From Candidatus Falkowbacteria bacterium (GTDB taxonomy: Bacteria; Patescibacteriota; Patescibacteriia; UBA11705; JABHMO01): a stretch of 64,000 nucleotides of DNA. Where the stretch lies: assembly GCA_018674305.1 (NCBI GenBank), contig JABHAL010000010.1, forward strand, positions 25,708 through 89,707. Direction: 5' to 3'. The notes under the pieces are model-generated. The model saw nothing but the letters and a program-made list of their open reading frames with translations. It had not been told where the DNA came from and made no database searches. The translations under genes and the position numbers were made by a program. This document shows, in pieces, positions 18,844 to 27,972 of the stretch (position 1 is the stretch's first letter; every line of letters begins with the position of its first letter).

Positions 18844-19965
18844 CTATTTTATTTCTCCAGTCAATAGACGATCGCGCCTTTTTTTCTTTGTATAAACATA
18901 GGCTAAAATTAGCATAAATACCACCACAACCAAAACAACTGCTGCCATAAAACTTAAACCTTTATCCTGAAAGGAATATGCAATTAGACCAAAAAGTATA
19001 GCAATTAAATACAAAAAATACACAGCCTGTTTAACACTTAGCCCGGCATCCAACAAACGATGATGCAGATGCTTACGGTCAGCAGAAAATAATGGCTTAT
19101 TTTCCATTCTCCGACGAATCAAAGTCCAAATGAAGTCCAGTACTGGAATTGAAAGTAACATTAAAGTTATTCCAACTTTACTACCACTAATTATAGACAA
19201 ACTACCTAATAAAAAACCGGCCATCGTACTACCACCCTCACCTAAAAATATATTAGCAGGATTAAAATTAAATACCAAAAATCCAGCAAACACCCCGGCT
19301 ATTATCACCGCCAGGAGAGCAACATCATATTGAATAATATCGCCCTTATTTAATGCGGTCAAAAATATAAAAACTGAAGCGATTATTGCTATACCAGAAA
19401 CTAAACCATCAAGACCATCCAAAAGTTTAGTTGTATACATCATAGCGATTAGCCAAGCAAAGGTAAACAAGTCCGCAAATAAAGTTACTTTGTACGGAAA
19501 TCCTTCATACCAAAATAAATTAAAACTGTATTTATTCAATTCAAAAAGTCCTTCACCAATCGGATTGGAAATAAATTCAATGCCAATACCGCAAATAATT
19601 ACACTTAAAATTGCGAATACCGGCCAAATGATTTGCCATTTTGGTTTCAGATCAAACTTATCATCAAGAATACCACCGACTGCCAAAAATAAACTACCAA
19701 TGAATATACCCAAAAGGTTTTTCAAAATTATAGTATCACCAATTAAATCCTTGGTGATGATTGAATAAATAAGTATTACTAAATTTATACTTAAAAAAAT
19801 AGCCAATCCACCGAATAGCGGGGTTGGTTTTTTGTGAATCTTTCTTTGACCATCTGGCCTATCAATTGCCTTGGACCTTTTAGCAATCCAAATAACAACT
19901 GGTGTCAAAATCAGACAAGCAAAAAAAGAAAGCATTAGAGCGAAAATGTAATCGTAGCTGTTCAT
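18844..19965 (-). CDS. Glycosyltransferase family 4 polyprenyl-phosphate HexNAc-1-phosphate transferase (WecA/MraY-like)
   Basis: Multi-pass membrane protein with IDRPDGQRKIHKKPTPLFGG and a DGLDGL motif. The track ORF extends to 20025 through a (caagtaaaa)n tandem repeat that encodes LVLLV; the MNSYDY start at 19965 is preferred. Confidence 0.75.
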   Translation of the reverse strand: MNSYDYIFALMLSFFACLILTPVVIWIAKRSKAIDRPDGQRKIHKKPTPLFGGLAIFLSINLVILIYSIITKDLIGDTIILKNLLGIFIGSLFLAVGGILDDKFDLKPKWQIIWPVFAILSVIICGIGIEFISNPIGEGLFELNKYSFNLFWYEGFPYKVTLFADLFTFAWLIAMMYTTKLLDGLDGLVSGIAIIASVFIFLTALNKGDIIQYDVALLAVIIAGVFAGFLVFNFNPANIFLGEGGSTMAGFLLGSLSIISGSKVGITLMLLSIPVLDFIWTLIRRRMENKPLFSADRKHLHHRLLDAGLSVKQAVYFLYLIAILFGLIAYSFQDKGLSFMAAVVLVVVVFMLILAYVYTKKKRRDRLLTGEIK

Positions 19966-20075
19966 AAGTAAAACTAGCAAGAAGAGCAAGACAAGTAAAA
20001 CAAGTAAAACAAGTAAAACTAACAAGACAGTAACTTGTCTCGTTGGTCTCGCTTGTCTAGCTAGTCTTGCTAGTT
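19966..20075. repeat. Short tandem repeats (caagtaaaa x3 and tgtct-containing units) upstream of the GT4 gene
   Basis: caagtaaaacaagtaaaacaagtaaaac followed by cttgtctcgttggtctcgcttgtctagctagtcttgctag. Confidence 0.6.
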
Positions 20076-20175
20076 CAATTCTACACTATTTTACTATTTA
20101 TTTCAACCTTAAACTTGACAATTTTCAAAAACTATAATATACTACTACATTGCACTAAAAACAAGGAGGTGTGCA

Positions 20176-20442
20176 ATGTGGTTCTTGATTGTTTTCCTAC
20201 TTTCAATTAGTCCTCGGTTGATCATGTTCATCCTGTTCGTGGCAACGGACTACTTGGGCAGTGCCTTTGACAGTGTCTTTTGGCCAATCGTAGGTTTTCT
20301 TTTCATGCCCTGGACCACACTGTGGTGCGCTTACGTATGGAACAATGGCGAATTCGGCACATGGCGAATCATTGTTCTGGTACTCTGCGTATTAGCTGAT
20401 CTTGGTGGCGGCAAAACCGTAACCTCGGGCAGCTCTAGCTAA
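20176..20442 (+). CDS. Small hypothetical membrane protein
   Basis: 88 aa with two hydrophobic helices and a strong ribosome-binding site, AAGGAGGTG, 5 nt upstream of the ATG. Confidence 0.65.
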   Translation: MWFLIVFLLSISPRLIMFILFVATDYLGSAFDSVFWPIVGFLFMPWTTLWCAYVWNNGEFGTWRIIVLVLCVLADLGGGKTVTSGSSS

Positions 20443-20448
20443 ATTAAC

Positions 20449-20489
20449 AAAAAAGACTCATGCTTCACTTGCATGGGTCTTTTACTTTT
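20449..20489. terminator. Bidirectional terminator between the small membrane-protein gene and the ClpC-like gene
   Basis: agactcatgc...gcatgggtct hairpin flanked by A-runs and T-runs on both sides. Confidence 0.6.
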
Positions 20490-20521
20490 AAAATATAGTA
20501 TTAAGGAATATAACAATTTAC

Positions 20522-23278
20522 CTAAATTTCCTTGCCCTTCTCAACTCGAAGAGTATTTCCAACTTCAAGGATAACTTTATCGCGTCGACCAACTTCGCCA
20601 GCTAAAATCTTTTTAGCCAATGAATCATCAATCTTTTCTTGAATTGCTCTACGCAGTGGTCGCGCGCCAAACTTCGGATCAAAACCTGCTTCAGCCAATT
20701 CAGCAATAGCTGCTTCAGTAGCAGTAAATTCAATGCCCTTTTCTTTTAATCTTTTAGTTATTTTATTCACCATCAACTTAGCAATCTGAATAACATCCAT
20801 CATTGATAGCGGTTTAAACACAACAACACCATCAAACCGATTTAGAAACTCTGGTCGATAATGTTCTTTTAATTTTTCATTGATTAAGACTTCTTTAATC
20901 TCTTCAACCGATGTGCCTTTATTTATTTCATCCTGAATATATTGAGCCCCTGCATTAGAGGTCATTATTATAATTGTATTAGTAAAGTCAATTGTACGCC
21001 CCTGAGCATCAGTCAATCTTCCATCATCCAAAACTTGCAAAAACAAATTTAAAACATCTGGATGTGCTTTTTCAACTTCATCAAACAAAAGTAAGGCAAA
21101 CGGATTTTTGCGAACTGCCTCAGTTAAAATACCAGTGTTAGAACCAGAACCTATTAAACGATCAATACTGGACCGCTCCTGATACTCAGACATGTCAGTA
21201 CGAATCATAGCATTTTCATTACTAAAATAAACCTCGGCAACGGTTTTGGCTAACTCGGTTTTACCCACACCAGTTGGACCAAGAAACAACATACTGGCAA
21301 TTGGGCGCTTTCCTTCCCGAAGCTCAGCTCTCGCGCGCCGCAAACTGGTAGCGACAATATTTACCGCCTCTACCTGATCGATCATGCGTTCATGAATTCT
21401 ATCCTCCAGATTTAATAATTTTTCACTTTCTTTTTGAGTAACTTGGGTTAATGGAATGCTGGTTAAATTTGAAATAACCGCTGCTACATCCTCACCACCC
21501 ACAACCTTATTTTCCCCTCGTTCTTTTTTTACCTTTATAGCAGACTGTTCTAGTATTTCAATTGCCTTTTCAGGTAAATAACGATCATGAATGTACCTAG
21601 AAGATAAAATTGCAGCTTTCTCAATCGCAGAATAGGAAAAATAAACATGGTTCTGATATTCCATTGGTCCACTTTTGGCTTCCAAAACTTGAATAGCATC
21701 ATTAAGTTCAAGTTCTTCAACTTTTACCGTCTGAAAGGCTGAATCCAAGCTCTTGTTTTCAACTGCTCCAAGATAACCATCTCCAGTAGTAGTGGCTACT
21801 ACATGAAACAAATGCTTAGAAAGTAATTGAGCGAATACTTCAGACAAATCTAAACTCTGTTCACCGCCAGCTGTAATGCCATGTAAATTATGCAAATTCT
21901 CCACTGCTAAAACGATATTTCTGGCTCTCATTGCCTCATTGATAATCAACATCAAGCGCTGTTCCGCTGCAGCCGCATCAGCACCAGCCAGTAAACTTGA
22001 AATATTTAAACTAACTAAACGTTTATCTTGCAAAATTTCGGGTACATCCTCAGCTACCATTTTTTGGGCCAATCCTTGCAAAATTGTAGTTCGCCCAACA
22101 CCTTGATTTCCAACCAACAATACGCCTTGTCGACTACCCTCAATAATACGAAACATTTGCTCAAACTCTTTTTCACGACCAATACAAGGGAAAAACTGTC
22201 CGTATTTAGCCTGTAAAGTTAAATCTTCACTAAATCTATCTAACATTGGTGTAGCGATCGCAGTCATGGCCCTATCCATACCTGACTTAGGTTTATAACG
22301 AGCTTTGCCTTGATATCTTTGCCAATTTTTTCTTAACTGATCCTGAATACGAACCCAGGCTACTACATTCTTCACTTGTTGATAATTCAATCCAAAATCA
22401 ATTAACAATTCTTCGACATCATCCTTTTCCACCTCGGTTTTTTCTGGTGAAGCTAAAGCCAACACAATTTCCGCTAAATCAACTTTTGGCCAATGTCCTT
22501 CATACGCTTCTAAATAAGCAACAATAAGCAAACGATGCATTTCCTCAGACAAAATCGGATTACCCGGTCTTGCAATAATATGTTTAGATAAATATCTACT
22601 TATTTTCTTTTTTAATTTATCAAATGAAACTCCCAATCGTCCCAAAATAATCGCCGACTTGTTGAACTGGAACAAAACACCCAATAAATGAACGCGCAAT
22701 ATTTCATGATGTTCAAAGTGCCCAGCCAATTCCCAACTCGCCTGAAGAGCTTTCTTGGATTCAACTGTAAAAGACTTGGAAATATCAACCAACTTACTCT
22801 TTTTTAATTTCCAGACTTCTTGCCAATCCAAAGAAGGATTAGGAAATTCACTCTTTTTATGAAAATGTTTAGCTAACACATTATATTTAGCTGAACTTTC
22901 CTGATCTAATCGATAATATAAATATAGATCTACTAATAAAGTCAACCAAAAATACATTTTTTCAAAACTTGGAGTTGACCAATATTTCAAAGTAAAAAAT
23001 GAACTAAAGTTATCAAGATAACCAATATAAGCCATAACTATAAATCCAGAAATACCAAAAAGCGCTAATACAGCATTAATAATCAAACGTACTTTGCGAA
23101 TTCCTTTTTCGTAAGCATTATTTACAGGATCATAAAACTGTCCCCAATATAAAACTTTGTCTTCAAGAAAATAGACTACGCCAAGCCCACGACAGGTATT
23201 ACATAACAGCCCATCAGTATATCCGGCTCCATCGCACTCTTGGCAAACTAAAAAATTGTTATCTAATTTCTCACTCAT
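20522..23278 (-). CDS. ClpC/ClpB-family AAA+ ATPase with N-terminal zinc ribbon and transmembrane segments
   Basis: 918 aa. N-terminal CQECDGAGYTDGLLCNTCRGLG (a 4-Cys motif) and hydrophobic helices (LIINAVLALFGISGFIVMAYIGYL), followed by Clp-N-like repeats, AAA-1 (GNQGVGRTTILQGLAQ) and AAA-2 (LGPTGVGKTELAKTVAE). Confidence 0.85.
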   Translation of the reverse strand: MSEKLDNNFLVCQECDGAGYTDGLLCNTCRGLGVVYFLEDKVLYWGQFYDPVNNAYEKGIRKVRLIINAVLALFGISGFIVMAYIGYLDNFSSFFTLKYWSTPSFEKMYFWLTLLVDLYLYYRLDQESSAKYNVLAKHFHKKSEFPNPSLDWQEVWKLKKSKLVDISKSFTVESKKALQASWELAGHFEHHEILRVHLLGVLFQFNKSAIILGRLGVSFDKLKKKISRYLSKHIIARPGNPILSEEMHRLLIVAYLEAYEGHWPKVDLAEIVLALASPEKTEVEKDDVEELLIDFGLNYQQVKNVVAWVRIQDQLRKNWQRYQGKARYKPKSGMDRAMTAIATPMLDRFSEDLTLQAKYGQFFPCIGREKEFEQMFRIIEGSRQGVLLVGNQGVGRTTILQGLAQKMVAEDVPEILQDKRLVSLNISSLLAGADAAAAEQRLMLIINEAMRARNIVLAVENLHNLHGITAGGEQSLDLSEVFAQLLSKHLFHVVATTTGDGYLGAVENKSLDSAFQTVKVEELELNDAIQVLEAKSGPMEYQNHVYFSYSAIEKAAILSSRYIHDRYLPEKAIEILEQSAIKVKKERGENKVVGGEDVAAVISNLTSIPLTQVTQKESEKLLNLEDRIHERMIDQVEAVNIVATSLRRARAELREGKRPIASMLFLGPTGVGKTELAKTVAEVYFSNENAMIRTDMSEYQERSSIDRLIGSGSNTGILTEAVRKNPFALLLFDEVEKAHPDVLNLFLQVLDDGRLTDAQGRTIDFTNTIIIMTSNAGAQYIQDEINKGTSVEEIKEVLINEKLKEHYRPEFLNRFDGVVVFKPLSMMDVIQIAKLMVNKITKRLKEKGIEFTATEAAIAELAEAGFDPKFGARPLRRAIQEKIDDSLAKKILAGEVGRRDKVILEVGNTLRVEKGKEI

Positions 23279-23691
23279 ATAAGTTTTCCAAACACATTAA
23301 GGTTGTACAAAATCATGATAACTAAAAAAATTGGCAAGACCAGCCAAAATATAAAAATAATTAAACTAAATATTAACCAGAATATTAGAGCAAAAGTTCT
23401 AAATATTATATTGAACAAACGCATGAAAAAACTAATGATTCTGCTCTGCCAATCATGTTGCCCAAACATAGGCACGAAAATATTTTTCAGCCAAAGTGTT
23501 ACACCTAATTCAGAGTTACCCTGAGAAATAAAACCCGTCATGCGTTTAAAGGCCTTAATCAGGCCAGCTGAATACCACCAGATAGGCCAATACAAAAAAT
23601 CTAAAACTATATCCTTTACAATAAATTTAAAAGATTTGAGTAAAATGTTTTCCTTCACCATACTTTTTATTTTTGATCTTTGTTTACTCAA
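23275..23691 (-). CDS. Hypothetical small membrane protein, translationally coupled to the ClpC-like gene
   Basis: 138 aa. Its stop overlaps the ClpC start (ATGA), and the C-terminus is poly-hydrophobic. Confidence 0.55.
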   Translation of the reverse strand: MSKQRSKIKSMVKENILLKSFKFIVKDIVLDFLYWPIWWYSAGLIKAFKRMTGFISQGNSELGVTLWLKNIFVPMFGQHDWQSRIISFFMRLFNIIFRTFALIFWLIFSLIIFIFWLVLPIFLVIMILYNLNVFGKLI

Positions 23692-23920
23692 ATATTATAC
23701 CATAAACTGCAATTAACACACAATAAGTAATGCACACACCCTCATATAAACTATTACTAAAGCTCAATCATCCCACCCTCCCTCCCCACTGGAGGCGCCT
23801 GCGGCGGGCCTGGTTCGTCGTCACTATGTTGTTCCTCCTCACCTTTTTCTTCACAGTAATCTAAAGTCTTGTGATCTTGTACACATTGGCCATTAGGCCA
23901 ACAGATCTGTATATCATGTA

Positions 23921-23959
23921 ACAAAAAAAGAGGACTAATTCGCATTGCGAATTAGTCCC
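23921..23959 (-). terminator. Strong rho-independent terminator on the minus strand
   Basis: Perfect 12-bp stem ggactaattcgc/gcgaattagtcc with a 3-nt loop, followed on the minus strand by a 7-U run (plus A-run 23923-23929). Confidence 0.75.
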
Positions 23960-25233
23960 TTTACCATCGTTGAACATTGACTTGTGGGCCAACATCCTCG
24001 TACATTAAAGTTTGATTTTACCATTACAGTTTGTCTTTGAGACACGGTTTGTTCATTTGTGAAGTGCTAGTTTTGAAGCTTGGCTTAACCAATTCTTGAT
24101 TTTTGTTTTGTTCTGACCGAGGTCAGTTTCCAACTATTACAAGTTTGGCGACTTACCGTCCCGAAGGATGGCTAAAGATAGTTTATCACTCTATGATTGC
24201 TCATTGAGTTTCCGCTATCAAGTCTTACTTTTGCTTTTTCTTCTAGTTCTTCTGAACATTCCTTGTGTTCTGTTGTCTTGTCAACACTAGGCTGACATCG
24301 CGTGAAGGTTAATTGTCTGACCGAAGTCAGTGAGGAACATTTCGCTAGCCGAAGCTTTTGATTTGTTCTTACTTTTAACTTTCCAGAATACTTTGCTCTT
24401 TGGACATTAGCTGTTTCGTTTACTTGCTGGATTTTTGTTTTCTTCCTTTCGGAGGATCACTTTGTCCACTGGGGTAAACTACTAGTTCGTTTTCTCTGTC
24501 GTTCTGTAGTCTTGCTAAAGCAGTTTTACCAAGGAGTTTTTCGTTTTTACACAAAATACTTCTTGATTTTTTTGCTTTGATGCAAGTTGCTTGCGTTGAA
24601 GATTGGCTCTTGATCTAGTCTTGGCTAGCTTTTTTCTTCTGTTACCGAAGTAACGTCAGAATCCGGTTAACTTTGATTTTGATCCGTCATAGCTTATCTT
24701 CTGCATGCCCACTGATCGATTTTGATTGCGAATTAGCGACGTTTAACTTACTTGCCTCGAAAGGTTTTCTGTCTTTGTCTACTGCTAATTTACTGTTTAG
24801 CTCCATTTATAATAGTAGTCGTTGGTTTTTCCGAAGAAAATCCTGACTGCTAAATAGAGGCCAAATCTGTCATTGCCTTTTCTGAGTGGGTTGGTTACCA
24901 CTACAGTAAAAGCTCGAGATCTGTGGTGCATGTTAGTGTCAAGGCGCTTTTCACGGCTGTGCCCTTAAGTCAGTTGTCCAAGTTAATTTGGAGTATTGCT
25001 ACTCTTTGGTTAACTTTTTCTCCTGTCTCAGGACTCCACCTCAGAACTTGCATTCTTTGGTTTCCCTTGTCTTTACTTGCTCAATTACTTGTAATGAACT
25101 TTGTTGATGGTAATTCACATTATACTCGTATATCAAAACCTGTCAAGTGCCTAACTGTGGATAACTTTTAACTCTATTTTTTGTTTAATTTTAGAGGAAA
25201 ACTTTACCCCATTGACAAAATTATATATTATTG
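23960..25233 (-). ncRNA. Candidate large (~1.3 kb) structured ncRNA on the minus strand
   Basis: Only one short track ORF (24923-25171). The plus strand is T/G-rich and A-poor, so the minus-strand RNA is A/C-rich. At least five ccgaag sites on plus correspond to C(UUCG)G on minus, each flanked by complementary stems (for example gttac-CGAA-gtaac at 24640 and ctgac-CGAA-gtcag at 24318). It ends at the 23921-23959 terminator. Confidence 0.45.
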
Positions 25234-25240
25234 TTAATCT

Positions 25241-25270
25241 TTTATATCTGCTATAAATTTATAATAGCAA
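25241..25270 (-). promoter_or_regulatory. Possible promoter on the minus strand (TTGCTA-18-TATAAA) for the large ncRNA candidate
   Basis: Reverse complement of 25241-25270: ttgcta, an 18-nt spacer, then tataaa. Moderate match to consensus. Confidence 0.3.
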
Positions 25271-25304
25271 GTGTTTATTAACAATTGACCACTAGAAGGA
25301 GGGA

Positions 25305-25997
25305 ATGATGGAAGCTACGCTAATTGGTGTTTTTGTTTTAAGTGTACTTATCTTCTTGTATTGGACATGGACACTTATGTTTGTACGGAACATAGACACT
25401 GAAGCCTTTATGGCCCAGATTCAAAAACTGATCATGGCCAACAACCTTGACCGAGCAATTAAACTTTGTAATGCTGCCCCAAATGCAGTCATGACTCAGC
25501 TGACTAAAAGCGTTTTGATTTGCGCTAATCAACCACACAGATTATATCTAGCCTATCTACAGACGACTTTCAAGCTGAATCACGAGGCGAAAAACCTAAA
25601 AAAATCTCCAACCCGAATCACAATTATTATTCTCATTTATGGGCTACTAGTAATGGGTTTCGTTGTGCAACCTCTAGGCTGGACGTTGGGTGCGGTTCTA
25701 GGCATCATTGCTTTTGTTTTGCTATCGCTGACCTCTGCGTTCATTTCCGCTCGTCTTGTCAAAACCAAAAAGGACAAGTTATACCTATTCAGGCTGATGG
25801 ACCTCTTGCAATATCGAATGGCTAATTACAACACGGATGAATCCAACGAAGGCCTAACTTTTATGCAAGCCAGGCCACTAACTGAAGACGAACTAGCCAG
25901 GCGCATGTCAACTGGGGCGCCTCCCCCGAAGGTTAGACCTTCGCCAGTGGACGAACTCAAATCAAAATTGCAATCCGAACTATTACCCAAGCTTTAG
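25305..25997 (+). CDS. Hypothetical membrane protein (paralog A of a tandem pair)
   Basis: 230 aa with ribosome-binding site GAAGGAGGG. Topology is TM1, a soluble segment containing NNLDRAIKLCNAAP, a TM2-TM3 hairpin, then a C-terminal tail. GC is elevated (~45-48%). Confidence 0.65.
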   Translation: MMEATLIGVFVLSVLIFLYWTWTLMFVRNIDTEAFMAQIQKLIMANNLDRAIKLCNAAPNAVMTQLTKSVLICANQPHRLYLAYLQTTFKLNHEAKNLKKSPTRITIIILIYGLLVMGFVVQPLGWTLGAVLGIIAFVLLSLTSAFISARLVKTKKDKLYLFRLMDLLQYRMANYNTDESNEGLTFMQARPLTEDELARRMSTGAPPPKVRPSPVDELKSKLQSELLPKL

Positions 25998-26009
25998 GGA
26001 GGACGAATA

Positions 26010-26708
26010 ATGCTATTTGTGATTGGTATAATACTCTGTGTATTTGCAGGTTTAACGATCCTTGGTTCCATAATCGAAATAATGAAAGAAAGTATCGCTA
26101 TTACTGCCTTCATGCATCAGGTAAAAAAGCTGGTTCTGAGCAATAATATTGATCGAGCAATTAAGTTGTGTAACTGCGCGCCCCATTCAACGTTAGCCGT
26201 TGCAGCTAAAAAGCTGTTAACTAGAGCTAACAAGAACAGTGCGCTGTACCAAACATTTTTACAAGCCAAAATGGAACTTGAGATAGAAAGTTGGTCAAAC
26301 AAGTCTGCTACCAAATGGGCTTTGTGGAACCTAACACTTGCAATTGGATTTTTCACTGCTGGCTCTATGTACAACATGTTATTCGAGGGAGCGCTTTTGT
26401 GCGGTATTGCCTATACCAGTTTCTCACTAGCACAGTTTGTGTCCTCATTCAGACACAAACTGCTTTGCAAAGAGATTCCAGCCCTAGAGGACTTACTCCA
26501 AACACTAATGGAGCGCTTAGGGGTAACTGCCCCTGACTTTGCTCTATTAGATAATCCATCTCAGGAACTGCTAGCTAAACAAGAAAAGCTAATGGAAGCC
26601 TTTGAGCGGAGTTACACCAAAGACAAAGATGCTGGTCGAGAAACTCGACCGGTAGAAGCTGTTTTCCTCGAGAAGATAGATCTACGAACCGGTCTTTTCC
26701 CTGCTTAG
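26010..26708 (+). CDS. Hypothetical membrane protein (paralog B of the tandem pair)
   Basis: 232 aa with ribosome-binding site AGGGAGG. It shares NNIDRAIKLCNCAP and the same topology as 25305-25997. Confidence 0.65.
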   Translation: MLFVIGIILCVFAGLTILGSIIEIMKESIAITAFMHQVKKLVLSNNIDRAIKLCNCAPHSTLAVAAKKLLTRANKNSALYQTFLQAKMELEIESWSNKSATKWALWNLTLAIGFFTAGSMYNMLFEGALLCGIAYTSFSLAQFVSSFRHKLLCKEIPALEDLLQTLMERLGVTAPDFALLDNPSQELLAKQEKLMEAFERSYTKDKDAGRETRPVEAVFLEKIDLRTGLFPA

Positions 26709-26770
26709 ACAACCAAAAAGTCGATTGTTCACAACAATCGACTTTTTTATTATTCAATACTAAATGTCTA

Positions 26771-27385
26771 CTAAAGGTATTCTTTTAATACTTCTAAAAA
26801 ATTATCAAAATCAATTGCCCTATTTTTAAAATCTAAATCGTCATAATTAATAATAATCACTTGCGCCAACTTGAAATTGCCAGCCCAGTTGTCATACAGA
26901 TCATTTAAATCTTTAATATATTTACGGTCAATGGTTTTCTCAAAATCCCGCCCGCGCTTTTCAATTCTCTGCATTATTCTATCCACAGAAGCTCGCAGAT
27001 AAATAACCAAGTCAGGTGCGGGTAAAATTTTCGTGCAAACTTTATAGATCTGACGATACGATTTCCAGTCTCGTTTGGAAATATGTTTTCTATTATATAA
27101 ATGCCGGGCAAACACTTCTGCATTTTCATAAATACTACGATCTTGAATTACTGAATGTTTATCCACAGTTAAATCATAATGATCCTGCAATCTCTTGCCC
27201 AAGAAAAACATTTGCGAATGGTATGCCCACTTTTTCATGTCTTTGTAAAAATCTTCCAGGTACGGATTTTCGGTTACCGGTTCTATATATGGCTTCAACT
27301 TAAAATGACCAGCTAACTTTTTAGTTAGAGTTGATTTTCCAATTCCAATGTTGCCTGAGATGGCGATGAATTTCTTATTCTTCAT
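26771..27385 (-). CDS. Deoxynucleoside kinase (dCK/dGK family)
   Basis: 204 aa with P-loop AISGNIGIGKSTLTKKL, plus YIEPV and ERS-like motifs. Confidence 0.8.
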   Translation of the reverse strand: MKNKKFIAISGNIGIGKSTLTKKLAGHFKLKPYIEPVTENPYLEDFYKDMKKWAYHSQMFFLGKRLQDHYDLTVDKHSVIQDRSIYENAEVFARHLYNRKHISKRDWKSYRQIYKVCTKILPAPDLVIYLRASVDRIMQRIEKRGRDFEKTIDRKYIKDLNDLYDNWAGNFKLAQVIIINYDDLDFKNRAIDFDNFLEVLKEYL

Positions 27386-27394
27386 ACAGATTAC

Positions 27395-27908
27395 AGATTT
27401 GTACGGGTGTACGGATTAATTAGGATTTAATTAATATTAACTACTCTTCTAAATTTTACTCCTTCAGGTGAAAACAAGATTAACAAACCAACCTCTAATT
27501 TCAATAGTTTTAAGTATTCATTTATTTGATCAAAGTCTTTTCTAATAAATCTTTTACCCACTTTCAACTCAATCAATATTAAATCAAAAAATAATATATC
27601 CAAACGACTATTACCAATTTTTTCACCTTTATATTTAACTGGCAAATTAATTTGAGAACTTACTGGAATATTTTTACTTTCAGAATCCTTTATTATTGCT
27701 CTTTCATAATATTTTTCTCTGTATCCAGATCCTAATTCATTATAAACATCAAACATTATTCCAATTATAATTTCTGTTTTGTCTTTATGAAGGAGTTCCA
27801 TATATGTCTATTCTATCAAATTTTTCAAGATCCGTACATCCCAACTACCGCGAACAGGCGCACAAATCCGTTAACTGTTTTTGTGAATCCGTACATCCGT
27901 ACAAATCT
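27395..27908. mobile_element. Cassette of about 514 bp bounded by 23-bp terminal inverted repeats and carrying a GxxExxY-family gene
   Basis: The left end 27395-27417, reverse-complemented, reads aatccgtacacccgtacaaatct. The right end 27886-27908 reads aatccgtacatccgtacaaatct, a 22/23 match. Extra TCCGTAC iterons lie at 27830 and 27913. Confidence 0.5.
27427..27801 (-). CDS. GxxExxY protein (PD-(D/E)XK-fold family, TIGR04256-like)
   Basis: 124 aa. ...IIIGIMFDVYNELGSGYREKYYERAI...GNSRLDILFFDLILIELKV fits the GxxExxY family pattern. Confidence 0.7.
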   Translation of the reverse strand: MELLHKDKTEIIIGIMFDVYNELGSGYREKYYERAIIKDSESKNIPVSSQINLPVKYKGEKIGNSRLDILFFDLILIELKVGKRFIRKDFDQINEYLKLLKLEVGLLILFSPEGVKFRRVVNIN

Positions 27909-27923
27909 AAAATCCGTACCTAT

Positions 27924-27961
27924 ATAAAAAAACAGAGCCTGGTTAGAGAACCAAGGCTCTG
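27924..27961 (-). terminator. Rho-independent terminator after lipoprotein 1
   Basis: cagagcctgg...ccaaggctctg hairpin followed on the minus strand by a U-run (plus aaaaaaa 27924-27932). Confidence 0.7.
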
Positions 27962-27972
27962 TTGTGTTATTA

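Noticed and set aside
23757-23945. 62-aa minus-strand ORF downstream of the strong terminator
   Set aside because: Its start codon lies inside the terminator stem, and its GC-rich Pro/Glu-rich translation looks non-native. It may be part of a 5' leader of the downstream operon. It is kept out of the feature list, but not excluded.
24923-25171. 82-aa plus-strand ORF inside the 1.3-kb non-coding region
   Set aside because: It is on the strand opposite to the hairpin and terminator signals, and its hydrophobic low-complexity translation derives from T-rich sequence. It is probably spurious.
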